Below, piece after piece: positions 12,818-25,307 of a stretch of 64,000 nucleotides of DNA. Below the pieces are notes generated by a model. That model was not told the origin of the DNA. It did not search any database and saw only the letters and a program-made list of their open reading frames with translations. The stretch comes from Octopus sinensis. Taxonomy: Eukaryota. Each line of letters opens with the position of its first letter. Position 1 is the stretch's first letter. A program made the translations under genes and the position numbers. The DNA is taken from the NCBI RefSeq assembly GCF_006345805.1, contig NC_042997.1, positions 31,992,001 to 32,056,000 on the forward strand, in the 5' to 3' direction.

Positions 12818-12820
<3 letters not shown>
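12690..12820. mobile_element. 131-bp Tc1/mariner-type MITE
   Basis: TIRs CAGGGTGTCCC(C)AAAAAATGTATACAC, with TA on both sides inside (TA)n. Confidence 0.85.
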
Positions 12821-12860
<40 letters not shown>

Positions 12861-12965
12861 TGTGTGTGTGTGTGTGTCAGTCTTCTGTGCATACATGCCA
12901 GTGTATCTATATGTAGTGTATATGTCTGAACAAATATTTATGAATATCATCTTTATATTTTTCAG

Positions 12966-12995
12966 ACAATGGCATCCTCACGTGCTATGGTGTAA
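12966..12995 (+). CDS. FLOT1: Flotillin-1 candidate terminal exon C (TMASSRAMV*)
   Basis: ctttatatttttcag acceptor, phase-0 frame ending in TAA, followed by ~3.8 kb of UTR-like sequence. Confidence 0.6.
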   Translation, partial: TMASSRAMV

Positions 12996-14599
12996 ACAGA
13001 TAATGGTTTGGAGTTTTTGTGGTGTTTACCATGACAGCTCATATGAAAAGTATCAGTAACTCTGGAAAAGTTCATCAATTTTCTTTTTCATCAATACTCA
13101 AAGAATCAGTGAACGCTGATCTTCCCCTGTCCATTTTTTTTTTTTTTTTTTTTTTTTTTAATCATTTAGCCAGCTATTTCAAGTTATTTGATATCTGTAA
13201 TTTGTTTTATTGGCTTTCTAAATATCTTTATATGAATTCATAAGCAAATCTAACTTTGCCTTCATTATAAAAAATTTTTGTGATGAGCAAATGGTGTAGC
13301 TGTAAGTCCTCGGGTAAATGGGGATCATGTGTCGCCCAGCTTTCAGTTGCTGATTGAGAATGAAACAAATCTTAACCGATTTTGCTTATGTTTGTGGAAA
13401 AAGTATTGACATCACAGCATCCCATTTTCCTATCTCCCTTAAAACTGATTTCATACTTAAGAAATTATTATTATTATCATTGTCATCATCTCATAATCAC
13501 TATCTATTCAGTATTGTTATATTTTCTTTTAAACACCATACTTACAAATTATTTTATTCTCCAAAAGTTTATTCCATTTTAGAAAAGATTACTTCAAATA
13601 CATTTTTGAACATCCTGATTTTTTTTTTTTTTTTTCTTTTCAATAAAATGAGTATCATATTTTGCAAATCATCATTATTATTATTATTATTATAATTATG
13701 TTTTGGTAAATAAATTTATCACTATATTTTTTTCCCTAAGATCCTTGCCAGAGAGTAAAGAGAATTTCTATAAAATTTATTGCATTAGTGTTTAAAGAAA
13801 AGATTGCCACTTACATTTTATTTAAACATCATTGTCATTATTATTACTGTCAAACATAGATACCAGCCAGGTACTATTACTTTTGTTTGAAACACATATA
13901 CACACACACACACACACAAATATACACACAGTTGTTGTCGCAACAGAATGGCTATTGACCAAGAATACTAAGTAATCTTTACATTAAGTGGGGTCACTTA
14001 GAAAATATAACTTATATCACATCGGCCAGCCAATACCTATGGAAAATGGTACAACTTCAGCTAGTGAGAATGGCAGTCTCTGTGATGGACCATTCAGACA
14101 GATTTTGTTTCCTGATTCCACAACCCACTATTCTCATTGGCAAAGATCAACTTGTTTCTCCTATTCCCTAAAATATCACAAACAAAAGGAAAATAGTTTT
14201 TGGCTGGATAGATTTATATATATATATATATATATAAATATATATATACATCTTCAATCCTGTGTAGTCATGATGTCACTAAAACTGAAAATATATCGAT
14301 TAATTTACATAATTATTAAACGTTTCCATTTTTATTCCAAGAATTTCATAAAATCCTATTTAATATAAGCAATCTGATGGAATTCTTGATAACTTAACCT
14401 TTGCCTCTTTGGAAAATATTTTCCTTATCTTTAAATATTTCTAATATTATTTTCTAAAGAAAAAACAAACTAAAAACTCTTAAATGTTACAGATGCTGAT
14501 GATCCATTTGCTCTTTCAAGTATTTAGATAAGCTTTTTTTTTTTCCTGTATTTCTTTATTTAGTCAAACTTAATGATAACAGTAAAGCAATCTATGTAG

Positions 14600-14630
<31 letters not shown>

Positions 14631-16810
14631 TAATTAGTTTTCATTCTTTCTTTGACTAGTTTCATATTCTAAGGTTTTATGGGAGGGAATGTCCTTTTTT
14701 ATTAATTAATTCCGCTTAATTAAACGAATTCATCAAATTCTTTTTCCGTAGCTCTGACAACATATTTTGTTGGCGGTAGCACTTGTTATTTATACAATAG
14801 TTGATGATTCTAAGAGTTTATCAATTGATTAATATTTCATTTGGGATAAAAAAAAATAAATTTTGTTTTTATGAATTTGCTTCATCTCTTAAAACATCAG
14901 GCATAAATGACAATAACCATTATTTCAATTTGTTATGTAGTGTTTAATTGAATTTTTTGCAGAGTTTACACGAGTTATTCATTGTCTAATGAAATCTCTT
15001 CATTAATTATTATTATTAATAATAATATTATTATTATTATTGTATGAATCACTATTTTCATATACATTGTTAACTCAGCATAATTTTTCATCAGCTTTGA
15101 GTGTCTTAATTTGGAACTGTTTACCATCTTGGGTATGTCACTGTTTAACTACGAGAATGTTGAGCCTTCAACTAATTATAAACTCGTTTAAAATGCTTCA
15201 AGCCTATTCTATGCTTATGGCTACTAATTTCTCTCTGAATGGAAATTAAAAAAAACATGTTTATGTATCTAAAAATTCCAACTATTTAAAATATTTATGT
15301 AAAAGAAATATATAGCATTTTACTTCAATTTCAATTGAAAAGAAATAGATGATTTGCACAAAAAATTTCCCTGCAGCAACATTACTTATGGACTATACGG
15401 AATATTAAAAGAAAAACATTTTTTAACCATTTGATGTGGTATGCTTTTTGAGATTGTCCATAACTCTTTTTGTCTAAAAGTAGGTGCTCTTAGATAAATA
15501 CAGTTATTTTTTATAATTATTTGTGTTTAATGTCAAGTTTCCAATTTAGCTACAAATAATGAATACAGAAATGTATTATGCCATTATTTTTTGTTATTGC
15601 GTTCTGTTCCATAATGTAGATAATTTAAAATACCAACTCAACAATCTAGCGAAACAGCCCAATATTATATGGATATATATATTAAGTGCTGCCGTGTTAG
15701 TTGTGAAGCTTAAGAGGCCATTGTTACAAGCATAATGTTAGTTGATATCTTTGCAGTTGTTGACCTTCAACTGTTTCAGAATATTCTATAATTGTCACTG
15801 ATTTGCTTCAGAATTTTCTTAATGCCAAAGATAAAATAAAGATTGGCCAATTAAAAGTTGGTGTTTAGTGGGAGTTATATTATTCTTACTCTAATCAAAG
15901 CAAAACTTCACTTAAGTTTTCTATGATTATAAAATATTCATTTTTTTTATTCCTTTATTAATAATTATTTATATTCACTGTTGATTTTTAAAATTGATGC
16001 ATAATTGAGTTCAATTATCAAGTTGAAGATAATAATTCATTTTAAATTGGACAGTAGAAATCAATAGGTCTCCTTCTGTTCAATTGTTTAGTTTCTCTTG
16101 ACAGTTTTACCATCGAAGCTGAATTAACTTTTTTTTTCAACTTGGATGGTTGCTGCAGTCTCTAAAGTTTTTACAAAAGATTGTATTTACTTTGCAGACT
16201 AAACTCAAGTGTGAAATTCTTATCTAACATATGAGAATTAATGTATGGCCTGAAATAATAACTGCTGAATCCTGTTGTTGCTATTTCACCATAAATTCCT
16301 TTGTATATATATATGTATACTACTGAGTTGATAAATTCAACTGTTTGCCATACTTTAGTTCACCTACCAGTAAGATAATAGCATTTGAAGGTAATCAACT
16401 ATTTAAGGTAACACGATATTTTTGAGAAATTTCAACTCAATGCAAATTTACTTGAAAATTTATTGTGCGGATAACCTTCAGTGCTATGTTTTACTGAAGC
16501 TGAATGAATTGTGGGTTTAGTCTTCTGGTTGACAATGGAGTCAATGTATTGCTCAACAAAAATCAAAAGAACTCTCTGAGGTTAGTTCAAATATAGTATA
16601 TATATACATACACACAATTCTATAATAGTTTCAAAAGAAATAAGGTTTTATTGTATGCAAAAATGCACATCTCTAAGGTTAAGTATTTCTACAATCCCAC
16701 CCAACTCCATGCTGTTGTATCTGTTTATGATCTTTCTTGTATTTTGCTCTCTTTGTAAAAAAAAAAAATAAGCAAAAAATAAAAACTTTGTCTGGAAATA
16801 AATAAATTTT
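12996..16810 (+). other. Probable long flotillin-1 3' UTR
   Basis: AU-rich sequence with no recognisable SINE/LINE copies. AATAAA cluster at ~16769-16806 followed by a U-rich tract. Confidence 0.45.
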
Positions 16811-17129
16811 TTATTTTATTTTATTTTACTTTAAACTTCCTAATCACAAAAAAAAAAACAAACCCACCACCTTCTCTTGTCAAGATCATTTTCTCTTGAT
16901 ATAAGATAGGAAGGAATATAGTTTTACAAGATGCCCTTCTTACTACATCCAACCTTCCTATCAGGTAATTTCTTCAATGATGTAAAGGTACATAAAGACT
17001 GGTAACAATTTCTGATGTTACAAGGTTTTTTGGGGAGAGTCTTCTTTTTTTTTTTCTGTAAACCACTCTTTATTCTAAAACTTCAAATCAGGGATAAATT
17101 TGTTTAATCAGTATGGTATTTTTAGTCAA

Positions 17130-17360
17130 GGCAGCGAATTGGCAGAAGCGTTAGCACGCCAGGCGAAATGCTTTGTGGTATTTCGTCCGCCGCTGCGTTC
17201 TGAGTTCAAATTCCGCCGAGGTCGACTTTGCCTTTCATCCTTTCGGGGTCGATAAATTAAGTACCAGTTACGCACTGGAGTCGATGTAATCGACATAATC
17301 CGTTTATTTGTCTTTGTTTGTCCCCTCTATGTTTAGCCCCTTGTGGGTAATAAAGAAATA
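17130..17360 (+). mobile_element. tRNA-derived SINE (family B)
   Basis: B-box-like GAGTTCAAATTCC. 15-bp TSD GGTATTTTTAGTCAA at 17115-17129 and 17361-17375. Confidence 0.9.
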
Positions 17361-17848
17361 GGTATTTTTAGTCAATTACTTTTCTCTCTAGATTAGAAAA
17401 ATAAAAAACTCGTACATCACAGCTATTTATCTATTCTCTGATTTTCATAGTGCTCTCACACCTTTATACAATCACTGTAGTAACACTGCTGGCTGGGTGG
17501 ACAAAAATGTCAAAATAATGTAATGTGGGACATCCATTTTAGTTTTGAATTTTATACACATTCAGCTGAAGGAACAAAACTGTAATTTTAAATAGTATTT
17601 CAATTTTAAGTGCCTTTTTCATTATTGTTTATTCAAAAGTGCTGGAATAAAAGAAATGGCAGTATTGTACTAAATGCTTCTGAGCTTGACATAACCTCTT
17701 ATCTATGTATACAGATAAATATACTGATATTGATTCTGACAATTATACCTCTGCAATACAAATATGTGGCCTTTTTTATAGTTTATTCAGTGAACTTGCA
17801 TTGAAAATTACCTAAACACTAAATATATATATATATATAATACACACA

Positions 17849-19071
17849 CAGTCATCTTGAAAGAAATAGACACCACCATTTTTGAAAGATACATTTCTAG
17901 AAACAAAATATTTTATGCATTTTAAATACTTAATCTTGTATTTAGTAGACATTCCTTGTGCAGTTTTTAATGGATTAATCCATTTTGGGCATCACATTGA
18001 ATTCAGAAATTGTTTTCTGTAGTTTCTATCCAAACAGCACACATCCAGTTGAACAAATCTGCCTTTCATATTGGTTTTTGTGGGAGGTTTTCCCACTATT
18101 CTGCCAAGTTGCCCCAAAAGTATTCAATGGAGTTCATATCAGGAGACTGGCTTGGCCTAAGAGTTCTTTTGATTCTATTTTTTTCTCTTGCCAGTTACTG
18201 GTCTTTTAAACTATGTGGCATGAAGTGCCATCCTCCATAAATAAAGTGTCATTTTTTTACCAACTGACCATTGAAGAAAATTGAGAAAAGTCCTTTGCAA
18301 AGGTTGGAAATGTATTTTACTGAGTTTATGTTGTCAATACACTCCACCACTTCTAAATGACCAATGCTCCAGATTGCTCTCCACACCACTGAAAAACTGG
18401 TTTATATCAGTTGCAACTGTGAAATGAAGCAAACTCTTGATTAGGCAGTCTTTAGATCAACGCACATCCACTGTCAGAAAATAGGGCAAATCTTAATTCT
18501 TCTAGAAATGTGACAGTTTCCCCGAAACCTTTGAACCTCTCTACCATCTTATTTGCCCACTCCTTTTGTCTTTGAATTTTTGCTGGTCAAAGAAGAGGTC
18601 TCTAGCTGTTCTGCCATAGTTATCAAATTGATGGAGATACCTCAAAGAAGCATTCCAATTCATTTGGAGTTCTGCAATATCAGCTGCCTTACAATAGGTA
18701 TTATTTCCAACAATCTGCTTGACAGCCTGGAAACACCTGTCAGAGGGCCCAGGTCTACCTGAACCAGGTACTGTCGATTTCTTTCCTTTGCTGGTGAATT
18801 GTACAATCATTTTGTTAACTGTGCCAAAAGGAGTCCCAAGGTTTTTATGCAATCATACGCTGGCTAAGTACACCCTCAGATTGACTCGCAATACACTCTC
18901 TTTAAAAATCAGACAACTTTTTCTCTGCTGTTTGTGGCATAGGTAGTTGCTATAAGCAATTAATAAATTGTAGTCTGAAATGAAAACTAATACATCAAGT
19001 TTGATACACCAGGTAGTGTCTGCACAGATAAAACTATGATAATGGGTGTCTATTTACATTAAAGATGTCTG
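17849..19071 (-). mobile_element. Full-length but decayed Tc1-like DNA transposon (~1.22 kb)
   Basis: Degenerate ~26-bp TIRs (17849-17874, 19045-19071). Minus-strand relics: GSGRP and YGRTAR (N-terminal), VVWRAIWSIG, FMEDGTSCH and PSQSPDMNSIEYFW (DDE domain), with stops and frameshifts. Confidence 0.85.
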
Positions 19072-20294
19072 AGTGTGTATATATGTATAATCAGTGGAAT
19101 TTCCTCTGCGAATGCAAGCTATGTAATTTATACCTGAGATATAAAAATTAATACAAATAAATTGGAATTTTTAACGTTTCATTTTTATGAGACTTCTTCA
19201 AAGAGAGCATGTACATGATACATGTACCCAGCTTCAATTATATGGTTTTTAAACACTACCTGAATTAGCAAGAATCATCCCGAAGACATATCCACCCATG
19301 CTAGCATGGAAAAGGGACATTACAAGCTTGAGATTAGTAACTGAAGTAATGCAAATTTAAACTCTTTTATTACAATAAATCATCAACTCTGAGGTAATTA
19401 ATATCTTGAGTGCTATTGTTTTAAGGCATAAACATGCATTTAAAATTTTTTATGTTACATCAGGTACTGGTATAGCTTCCTTAAAGGTACTCAGATAAAA
19501 TTATAGAAAGTGTTGTTAAAATTTACAAATTATTAATTTCATTATATATGTAACCATTTTTAATTTTGCTGTCAAGTAATTCCTGTATTGGTTTGTATAT
19601 TGCTTTGTTTAAAAGCTGTACTAAATTAAATGAATTAACTTTGCATAGCCAAGGTGCAGCTATTACTAGATTTTAAGATATTTTATTGCAAAGTTGCTAA
19701 TTGTAGAAGTTAAGATTTCTGGGCTTCCTTCATGTTATTGGATTATTTTGTTTGTCAGATATTGATTCCCCAGTCTCTTATACTTTAATTCAGAATTATA
19801 AACGGGAAGGTTGAAATTTCGATTGAAAATTATTTCATACTGTGAGAAGGGCATTCAAGATTGAGTCCTTAGATGGGAGTGAACAATCATACTGAAATTG
19901 TTTCCTGTTGCTAAATCAAAGTTATAATAGAACCTTTTTTTTTTTCTTTTTTTTTTTTCACACTATCTCTAAATGCAGCATTTAAGTATTTACATTACAT
20001 TTCTAAGATTCATTCCAACTACAGCAGCTACTTTACACATATGGCTTCAGTTTGGAATCAGCTAGCAGCAACTCCGGCCATATCTTATTTTGTAACACTA
20101 TATCTAAATTGTTTATTGAAGATTATTAGGCAAAAGTGTACTTCTTATATAAACTTACTTGCAAACCTGCTTTTATGTCAAACTAGATATCACATATGAT
20201 AAAATATTATTGAAGTGGTTATCAACAAATGAAAACACACAGTGAATATTTCTATATAATTTAATTTAATTGTCAATATTATAAATGTAACAAG

Positions 20295-20515
20295 GTGGCA
20301 AGCTGGCAGAGTTGTTAACACACTGGGCGAAATGCTTAGTGGCATTTTGTCTGTCCTTACATTCTGAGTTCAAATTCCACTGAGGTTGACTTTGCCTTTC
20401 ATCCTTTTGGGGTTGATAAAAAAAGTACCAGTTGAGTACTGGGGTCGATGTCAGATGTCATCGACTTACTCCCTACCCTAAAATTGCTGGCTTTGTGCCA
20501 AAATTTGAAATCAAT
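20295..20515 (+). mobile_element. Diverged family-B-like SINE
   Basis: Same head and the TTTGCCTTTCATCCTTT core. Confidence 0.75.
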
Positions 20516-21594
20516 ATTGTAATTGTAATTGTCTTCAATTTTCAGTCAAATGATTTGCTGGATTTTTTTTTAATATCCTGTCATAAGTAACGCATTCATT
20601 ATTGAATGAAAACTTTTTTGCTCAGGAAATTTGTATTTTGCACATACTCAATAACTGCATACATATATATACATACATATATTTGTGGGTGTGTGTGTAT
20701 GTAATTACACATATATAATTAGTTACTTTATAGATATTTATATCAAATCACTTAATAAATGAAAATGTATGGGTGAGATGCTAATCACTGAATTGATCTC
20801 TCTTATATTAAACCATTTTTAAATAAGGGCTTCATTCATTAGGTGTAAGGTATAAATCAGATTTTTTTTAACCAAAGAAAAATATATATACATATTGGTG
20901 CTTCCAAATAATGCAGATATACACCTAATTTACATGACCAGCTCACATAAAATCTTCTTATTTCTTGATCTTCTTCTTCACACAAAAATATGCTATTATT
21001 GTAGTTTATATGGTAATACAATTATTCACCATTAAACACCAATTCCGTCAATAATTTTTTTTTAGTCATAAATAGTTTTTGTTCCTATTTTATTTTTATA
21101 CAAAGAACAGAAACCAAACTTAATTATTACTCAATACAATATTTGAAGCTTTTAAAAAAAAAAAAGGGGGGAAAAAAATCTTTTTATTTATTTATTTATT
21201 TATTGTGTTTTCTATATACGACGTATTCAAATTGTGTTGGTCATATGAAAAATCCGGATCTTTCAAATGTTAATATGGATACATAGATGCTGAATCTGCT
21301 GTGGCATATCTCTTTGTATTGATCATTCCTTTATATAAATAATAAAGTCTCTTTTTTTTTTCTTCCTCCTTTCGTTGTCTATCACTTGGTAATGTTACAC
21401 TCAAACCATTTATAGGAAGATCTGCTAACTATGTCTAAACTGCTGCTCTACTGCTGTTGTATATAATCGGAGCGTTTAGTGCTGATACAAAACTGCTGCT
21501 AATGCTACCTGGTTCCCGGTTCTAATCTGCTAATATGCTGAGCTTTTGCCATCTCTTACATTTTATTTTTCTAAGTCAGTGGAGTGACAAATGA

Positions 21595-22013
21595 TACTCT
21601 TTACTCTCTTTTATTTGTTTCAGTTATTTGACTGCGGCCATGCTGGAGCACCGTCTTTAGTCGAGCAACTTGACCCCGGGACTTATTCTTTTGTAAGCCC
21701 AGTACTTATTCCATCGGTCTCTTTTGCCGAACCGCTAAGTAACGGGGACATAAACACACCAGCATCGGTTGTCAAGCAATGCTAGGGGGACAAACACACA
21801 CACACACTACATATATATATATATATATATAATATATATATATATATATACGACGGGCTTCTTTCAGTTTCCGTCTACCAAATCCACTCACAAGGCTTCG
21901 GTCGGCCCAAGGCTATAGTAGAAGACACTTGCCCAAGGTGCCACGCAGTGGGACTGAACCCAGAACCATGTGGTTGGTAAACAAGCTACTTACCACACAG
22001 CCACTCCTGCACC
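21595..22013 (-). mobile_element. tRNA-derived SINE (family A) with internal (TA)n/(TG)n linker
   Basis: Head GGTGCAGGAGTGGCTGTGTGGTAAG...GGGTTCAGTCCC and tail CCAGCATGGCCGCAGTC...AAAGAGTA. Confidence 0.88.
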
Positions 22014-22237
22014 TGATAGTGTATTAAATTTAACAAACTTAATACTTAAAAGTATTTAGCTTCTTCCTGCAAGGGATTAGCTGTTCCCTGTCATTCTCTC
22101 TACATGGTCAATCAGTTATATAATCCATGAAATAGGTATGGTTTAATTTAAATGTGAACTTAAGCAATATGGATCATATTGGTAAATGTTGGCCTGTGAT
22201 CAAATGCTCTCTAACCATAGAAGCCCTATCTTTTTAA

Positions 22238-22457
22238 CCCTTTAGTGTTTAAACCAGCCATATCAGGCCAAAATTGTCTTCCTGTTTTATTCTCAAACCA
22301 GCCAGCTCTGACCTCTCACACCTACTCTACAAAGTCATTCTAAAAATAAACTGGGACATCGTCAAAATCTCAGAGTTACAAGATGCTGAACAATTAATTT
22401 AGAATAATGTAATTAAACAGGCTTTACATTTGACAGAGTAATCTGAATGCTAAAGGG
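22238..22457. mobile_element. piggyBac-type MITE, family 1
   Basis: TTAA TSD and CCCTTTAG ends; homologous to 192-412. Confidence 0.85.
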
Positions 22458-23249
22458 TTAAGATGGCTATGTGTGATTTAAGTGCAATTTGGTTGCTGTT
22501 TCTAGCAAACCATGTGATCACATATAAGGTTCTTTCGTTAGTTTGTATATTGAGTAAAGTTTATATATCATTTATTAAACTAATTCCAGTTTATAACAAT
22601 GTACATAAGCTTGGGAGGAACAGGTCTGCTTGATTTATGCACATCAACAAAGAAGTTGGCTATCTGCTCCACCATCCACTTATTACCAAAATGCTAAAAC
22701 TTAAGAAGTAATATCAAAATATTGGCTAGCAAACTCTATTTCCCAAGCTGATATAGAGTAGAATGAAACAATTACAGTTAGTAGTTTTTCAAACAGTCCC
22801 CAAGAATACATTCTTTCGTTCAGTCTTAAATTAAGAAGCAGCCCCATTTCTGCCAATGGAATGAGACAACTTGATGCAGCTGTTTGAATACTGATGCTTT
22901 GGCACTAGAGGCAAATACACACATGCATGCATATGCAGAAATATACACATAGAGTAAGAAAGGGAGAAAGACTACATATATATATACATATATATTTAAC
23001 AATTAAGGATAAAATCTTAATAAGAAATCTTAACAAGAAATTATCAGGTAGTTAGCATGAAAAACCTCATAAGAGAAAAAATCTGAAAAGTTTTTCACTT
23101 GAAAATATTTATTTATATTATATAGAGGGCATTATTACACATAAATAAATGCCACACGCTAGGAGGGACTTTCAAAGTCATTACTACCAAAAATAAACGA
23201 ATCGTACCTAATGCAGCTCTCGAAGCAAGACATTTAAAAACAGAATTTA

Positions 23250-23313
23250 GTTCCAGATCACCTGTGATTTCGCAATTAACGTATTATCTACGTCTTTTGT
23301 TCATCAGTGAAAC
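23250..23313 (-). ncRNA. Type I hammerhead ribozyme candidate
   Basis: Stem I GUUUCA/UGGAAC, core CUGAUGA, stem II CAA..GACGUA/UACGUU..UUG, GAAA, stem III AUCAC-AG-GUGAU, cleavage triplet AUC. Only defect is an A.C pair at 10.1-11.1. Confidence 0.7.
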
Positions 23314-23676
23314 ATATTCAAAACATATCAAAAATAAACAAAATCGACATATATATATAAACCTAACTAGATGTTTGTTCGCATGAACAGAGAGAGAGAG
23401 GCAGAGAACAAGAGGAACATTAAAATGTCTCACCCCAAGTCTGCATTAAATCAACAGTGGTAAACGTCTGTGCCTAAACATCTCATATCATTCTGCCAAT
23501 CCTTTCATCATTACAAAGTGGACTCAAAAACATGACTTTTTACATAACAGGTGCTAGCAATATCACAGTCATCTTATCATTTCTCAGATGCTGCTCTACA
23601 ATTTCAATTTTACAACAACCACGTAAAAACTTACAAAAAACAAATAACACTAAAAGGTAGCTCCTATTATGATATA

Positions 23677-24064
23677 CTAGCAGTATCGCCTGATGTTGCT
23701 CGGGTTTGTTGCGACCCTTTAGAATTGGAATTTTTGAAAAGTAAAAATTTTGCATTATGTAGCTTATTCTCTTTAAGTGAACATTTTTCTGGTTGAAATA
23801 CACCGAAAAATGGCGACACAGCAGTAAAAAAAATCGTAAAAAATAGGGATTTTCATAGAAAAAAAAGCACCGTTTTGATGTAAATAATTTTTGGTGTTAA
23901 CATGGTCCGATTTGAATTTTTTCTTCTATGGAAGGAAGAGCAAGCCTTCTATCATACTCTCAATTTTGGTCAACTTGCGCCACAGAATCTCGGAGGAGAT
24001 AGTGTTAGTTGAAGGCTACCAAACCTGCCATACACAGACAACTTCAGCTTTATATATAGAGAGA
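23677..24064 (-). mobile_element. Non-autonomous Helitron
   Basis: On the minus strand: 5' TC start, subterminal hairpin CCCGAGCAACATCAGG, 3' CTAG, inserted between A and T with no TSD. Confidence 0.75.
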
Positions 24065-24521
24065 TAACATTATCTCCTTTCTTATATCAAATACAACCAA
24101 TTTTCCCACTTAATATATGTTCAAAAGACATGCTAGTAACTACCTACATGCTTCTACAGCATGTCCTAAAACTATTTTAGAATGGCAATGACATATTTTA
24201 CAGGTGTTACATTCAATTAACTCAAAACAATACATTTGATCCTACTTGGATTATGCTAACCTTACCTGGTACCTTAATTACTCCACTTAGAAAATATACA
24301 TTAATTTATGTTTGTACCAACACACTACACTTAAAACAGTGAAACCAAATGACAGATTACCTAGTCATAGAAAAAGTATAGTTTGTTGCCACAACAAATT
24401 TCTATCCCCGAAAGTCCTTCCTACATGTTCCGTGATCTTCAGTTGCCCAGGTACATCTACAACATCCCCCAGACTTGTGTACTTCTCCCTTAATCCTGAC
24501 AAGCACATGCACTCAACTAGT

Positions 24522-24895
24522 GGATGGAAGCAATCCGTCGGTTACGACGACGAGGGTTCCGGTTGATACGATCAACGGAACAGCCTGCTCGTGAAATTAA
24601 CGTGTAAGTGGCTGAGCACTCCACAGACACATGTACCCTTAATGTAGTTCTCGAGGATATTCAGCATGACACAGAGAGTGACAAGGCTGGCCCTTTGAAA
24701 TACAGGTACAACAGAAACAGGAAGTAAGAGTGAGAGGAAGTTGTGGTGAAAGAGTACAGCAGGGATCACCACCATCCCCTGCCGGAGCCTCGTGGAGCTT
24801 TAGGTGTTTTTCGCTCAATAAACACTCACAACACCCGGTCTGGGAATCGAAACCGCGAGTCCGCTGCCCTAACCACTGGGCCATTGCGCCTCCAC
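24522..24895 (-). mobile_element. tRNA-derived SINE with a family-C head and a different 3' body
   Basis: 13-bp TSD GCACTCAACTAGT at 24509-24521 and 24896-24908. A related body occurs at ~30135-30430. Confidence 0.88.
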
Positions 24896-25307
24896 GCACT
24901 CAACTAGTATTATCATGATCAATAACTGCGATAGCTCCAAACATTGCTGAGATACACAATATCTGTGATGAGTGCAGAAAACCAATAACTATTACACTCT
25001 AAGTTCACCTTGTACTACTTCCACTGTGACTGCTACTAGAACCTACATTAACAGACTAGTTAGTGGCAGATGTGGAGCATATCGTTCTGCACTTTATATG
25101 ATAAACTACAGTACATCAGCACGTAGTAATATCTTCAACAGCCTGGAGGAATGATATAACCCAGTCATTTGACCCATTTCTTGTATGCAAGACCATGAAT
25201 TGGAGCTGTCGCAACAACAAACATACAGGGATGAGCTAATGCAGTCACTTGGTCTGCTTAGGAATAACACCTAAGTCACCCTCAAATCTCACCCCACTTT
25301 TTTAGAT

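Noticed and set aside
21200-21560. CpG-containing unique segment with repeated AAACTGCTGCT (miR-15/16-like seed on the minus strand)
   Set aside because: The repeats are direct, with no pre-miRNA hairpin and no convincing ORF.
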